IMG/VR virus record: IMGVR_UViG_3300037511_000274
DNA length: 60,591 nt
Reading direction: 5' to 3' (one strand)
From: a virus
Positions 59,227 through 60,591 of this stretch are shown in pieces. Each line of letters opens with the position of its first letter. Within the stretch, counting starts at the first letter, position 1. Position numbers and translations under genes: made by a program. The notes beneath the pieces are model-generated. The model was not told the DNA's origin. It made no database searches and worked only from the letters and a program-made list of their open reading frames with translations.

Positions 59227-59453
59227 ACGGCCTGGACCCGCTGACAATCGTGATGGTGTGCCTACTGGCCGTGGTGGCCGCTGGTGTCCTGGGGGCCTTC
59301 CTGGGCGCCGTGCTCTGGGCCATGTTCGGGGACCTCGTGCTGGCCGTGTGGTGCCCGGTGCGCGCCTTCCTGGGCCGGGCCTTCCGCGACATCGTGGAGG
59401 GGTTCAAGAGCGCCGTGGAGTGGGCGGTCTACGGCACGGTGTACGGGTCGTGA
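59223..59453 (+). CDS. membrane protein, 76 aa
   Basis: ATGA overlap. Two hydrophobic helices. Confidence 0.75.
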   Translation: MNGLDPLTIVMVCLLAVVAAGVLGAFLGAVLWAMFGDLVLAVWCPVRAFLGRAFRDIVEGFKSAVEWAVYGTVYGS

Positions 59454-59686
59454 TCTGCCCGCCGTGCACCGAAGCGATGGGCCGGTGGCTGGACGCCCGG
59501 CCGCCCGCCGTGGGCGGGTTCTCGTTCGGCTCGGGCGCGGCGTACGACATCTCCCCGGCCGGGGTCACCGAGCGGCGCCGGGCGCGCGGCCGGTGGTGGG
59601 CCGGGATCGTGCGCGCCCAGCGCCAGACCCTGGCCGAGGCGTGCCGAGCTGGCCGCCACGTAGGGGTTGACACCTCACAGTCATGA
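59450..59686 (+). CDS. hypothetical protein, 78 aa
   Basis: GTGA overlap start. High GC3. Its 3' end reads through the next promoter motif. Confidence 0.6.
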   Translation: MICPPCTEAMGRWLDARPPAVGGFSFGSGAAYDISPAGVTERRRARGRWWAGIVRAQRQTLAEACRAGRHVGVDTSQS

Positions 59687-59695
59687 CGGTAAGGT
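59667..59695 (+). promoter_or_regulatory. promoter module TTGACA-N17-TAAGGT
   Basis: TTGACACCTCACAGTCATGACGGTAAGGT. Confidence 0.7.
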
Positions 59696-59744
59696 CTTCC
59701 TTGTACGGCGCACCGGGCGCCGGGACCGGGAAGGACCACCAGCC

Positions 59745-60086
59745 ATGATGATCTTCTTTTACATCCAGGTCACCGGCGCCGAGCGCGCCCGCCGGGTCGG
59801 CTTCAGCACCGAGCCCCAGGCCCTGACCTACCTCCGCCGGTTCTCGGGCATCGCCCACATCTATGAGGCGGCCGTGGACAACCACGACAAGGGCGCCAGC
59901 TACGCGGACATCCCGGCGGACTGGACGCTGGTCTGGGACCTGCTCTACCCGATGTGCGAGCACGGCATGTCGCTGTCCTCGTGCTACGGCCCCGACCACT
60001 TCATGAGCGCGGCCCAGGAGCAGGCGATGGACTGGCAGTACGCGGACTATGCCAGCGAGGCGTACGCGGGCATGGCCGAGGGCTGA
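59745..60086 (+). CDS. hypothetical protein, 113 aa
   Basis: ATG after GGAAGGA. High GC3. Confidence 0.8.
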   Translation: MMIFFYIQVTGAERARRVGFSTEPQALTYLRRFSGIAHIYEAAVDNHDKGASYADIPADWTLVWDLLYPMCEHGMSLSSCYGPDHFMSAAQEQAMDWQYADYASEAYAGMAEG

Positions 60087-60099
60087 GGCCCCCAGAGAC

Positions 60100-60125
60100 T
60101 GGCCCCCGGTCAATTGGCCGGGGGC
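60100..60125 (+). terminator. hairpin GGCCCCCGG-N8-CCGGGGGCC followed by TTCCCTT
   Basis: 9-bp stem 14 nt after the stop codon. Confidence 0.6.
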
Positions 60126-60130
60126 CTTCC

Positions 60131-60159
60131 CTTGACACTTCACAGTCAAGACTGTAATG
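60131..60159 (+). promoter_or_regulatory. promoter module TTGACA-N17-TAATGT
   Basis: TTGACACTTCACAGTCAAGACTGTAATGT followed by AGTTCTTGTC. Confidence 0.75.
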
Positions 60160-60212
60160 TAGTTCTTGTCCGGCGGGGCCGGGTTGAAAACTCCAGAGGG
60201 GAATCACCGATC

Positions 60213-60434
60213 ATGGACAAGACCGTTGAGGCGCGCGTCGGTATCAGCACGGACACGCGGGTGGAGGGCCGGTACTTCGTGGACGTGCGGGACACCACCG
60301 CTGGCCGCGACCGCCAGATGACCACCCGGGTCACCGATGACCCGGCCACCTTCATCCGGGAGCTGACCGCCGAGGGGATCCGCCAGGGGGTGCTCGTCAC
60401 CTACGTGGACAACACCGGCGAACTGGCGGAGTGA
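60213..60434 (+). CDS. hypothetical protein, 73 aa
   Basis: ATG after AGAGGGGAA. High GC3. Confidence 0.8.
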   Translation: MDKTVEARVGISTDTRVEGRYFVDVRDTTAGRDRQMTTRVTDDPATFIRELTAEGIRQGVLVTYVDNTGELAE

Positions 60435-60440
60435 ACGAGG

Positions 60441-60468
60441 AAGGCCCGGACCGCGAGGTCCGGGCCTT
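60441..60468. terminator. bidirectional hairpin terminator (12-bp stem)
   Basis: AAGGCCCGGACC-GCGA-GGTCCGGGCCTT. Sits at the convergence of the plus cassette and the minus-strand head genes once the ends are joined. Confidence 0.75.
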
Positions 60469-60591
60469 CTCCGCATCCGAGGTGGCGTAGGTCGCGCGCT
60501 TCCGTGCTCAGCTCCCCGGCGATCGTTTGCGGGAAGTACCTGGCCTCGGGTCCAGCGCTCCGGAGAGCGCTAGACGATCTTGGCGCCGGGG
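60465..60591. repeat. terminal direct repeat, right copy
   Basis: Identical to 1-127. Confidence 0.95.

Noticed and set aside
7029-60159. The repeated motif of about 29 nt considered as a CRISPR array.
   Set aside because: The copies are kilobases apart, occur in both orientations with irregular spacing, and have a -35/-10 architecture. No cas genes are present.

Overview
This high-GC window (roughly 70% by eye) looks like one complete tailed-phage genome of siphovirus type, probably from an actinobacterial host such as Streptomyces. The first 127 bp are repeated exactly at the end (1-127 = 60465-60591), so the unique length is 60,464 bp. About 84 tightly packed genes are supported, many joined by ATGA or GTGA start/stop overlaps. 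Roughly 15 of them are shorter than the 60-aa cutoff of the ORF track.

Most genes are on the minus strand:
- Head, part 1: portal, MuF-like protein, prohead protease (259-4599).
- Small-gene region with an HNH endonuclease (4603-8278).
- Lysis cassette: M15 endolysin and a holin-like protein (9760-10879).
- Large terminase (13119-14591).
- Envelope cassette: membrane protein and lipoprotein metalloprotease (15601-16913).
- Replication and recombination (16996-30278): a 1422-aa Toprim-SF3 helicase-PolA fusion, an SF2 helicase, a YqaJ-type exonuclease, RuvC and a SprT-like protein.
- Glycosyltransferase/methyltransferase cluster (32908-36207).
- Tail: tape measure, two giant HxH-rich fibre proteins and minor tail proteins (36396-50643).
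- Connectors and head, part 2 (51237-57746).

Six plus-strand islands, each with its own promoters and hairpin terminators, interrupt this backbone: 8335-9698, 30470-30885, 31419-32237, 47855-48337, 50724-51119 and 57999-60434. One tRNA-like gene is present (25173-25249, minus strand). No integrase, CRISPR array or rRNA was seen.

The main non-coding signals are:
- A promoter module repeated about 20 times, TTGACA-N17-TAATGT/TAAGGT, whose spacer is conserved.
- An 18-bp dyad, TTGAC-N8-GTCAA, that overlaps the promoter -35 element. It also occurs as orphan copies inside coding sequence, spelled with rare A/T-ending codons.
- Two copies of a roughly 140-bp long-inverted-repeat element (5487-5631 and 36257-36395).

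All functional calls come from motif recall and gene context. No database search was possible.
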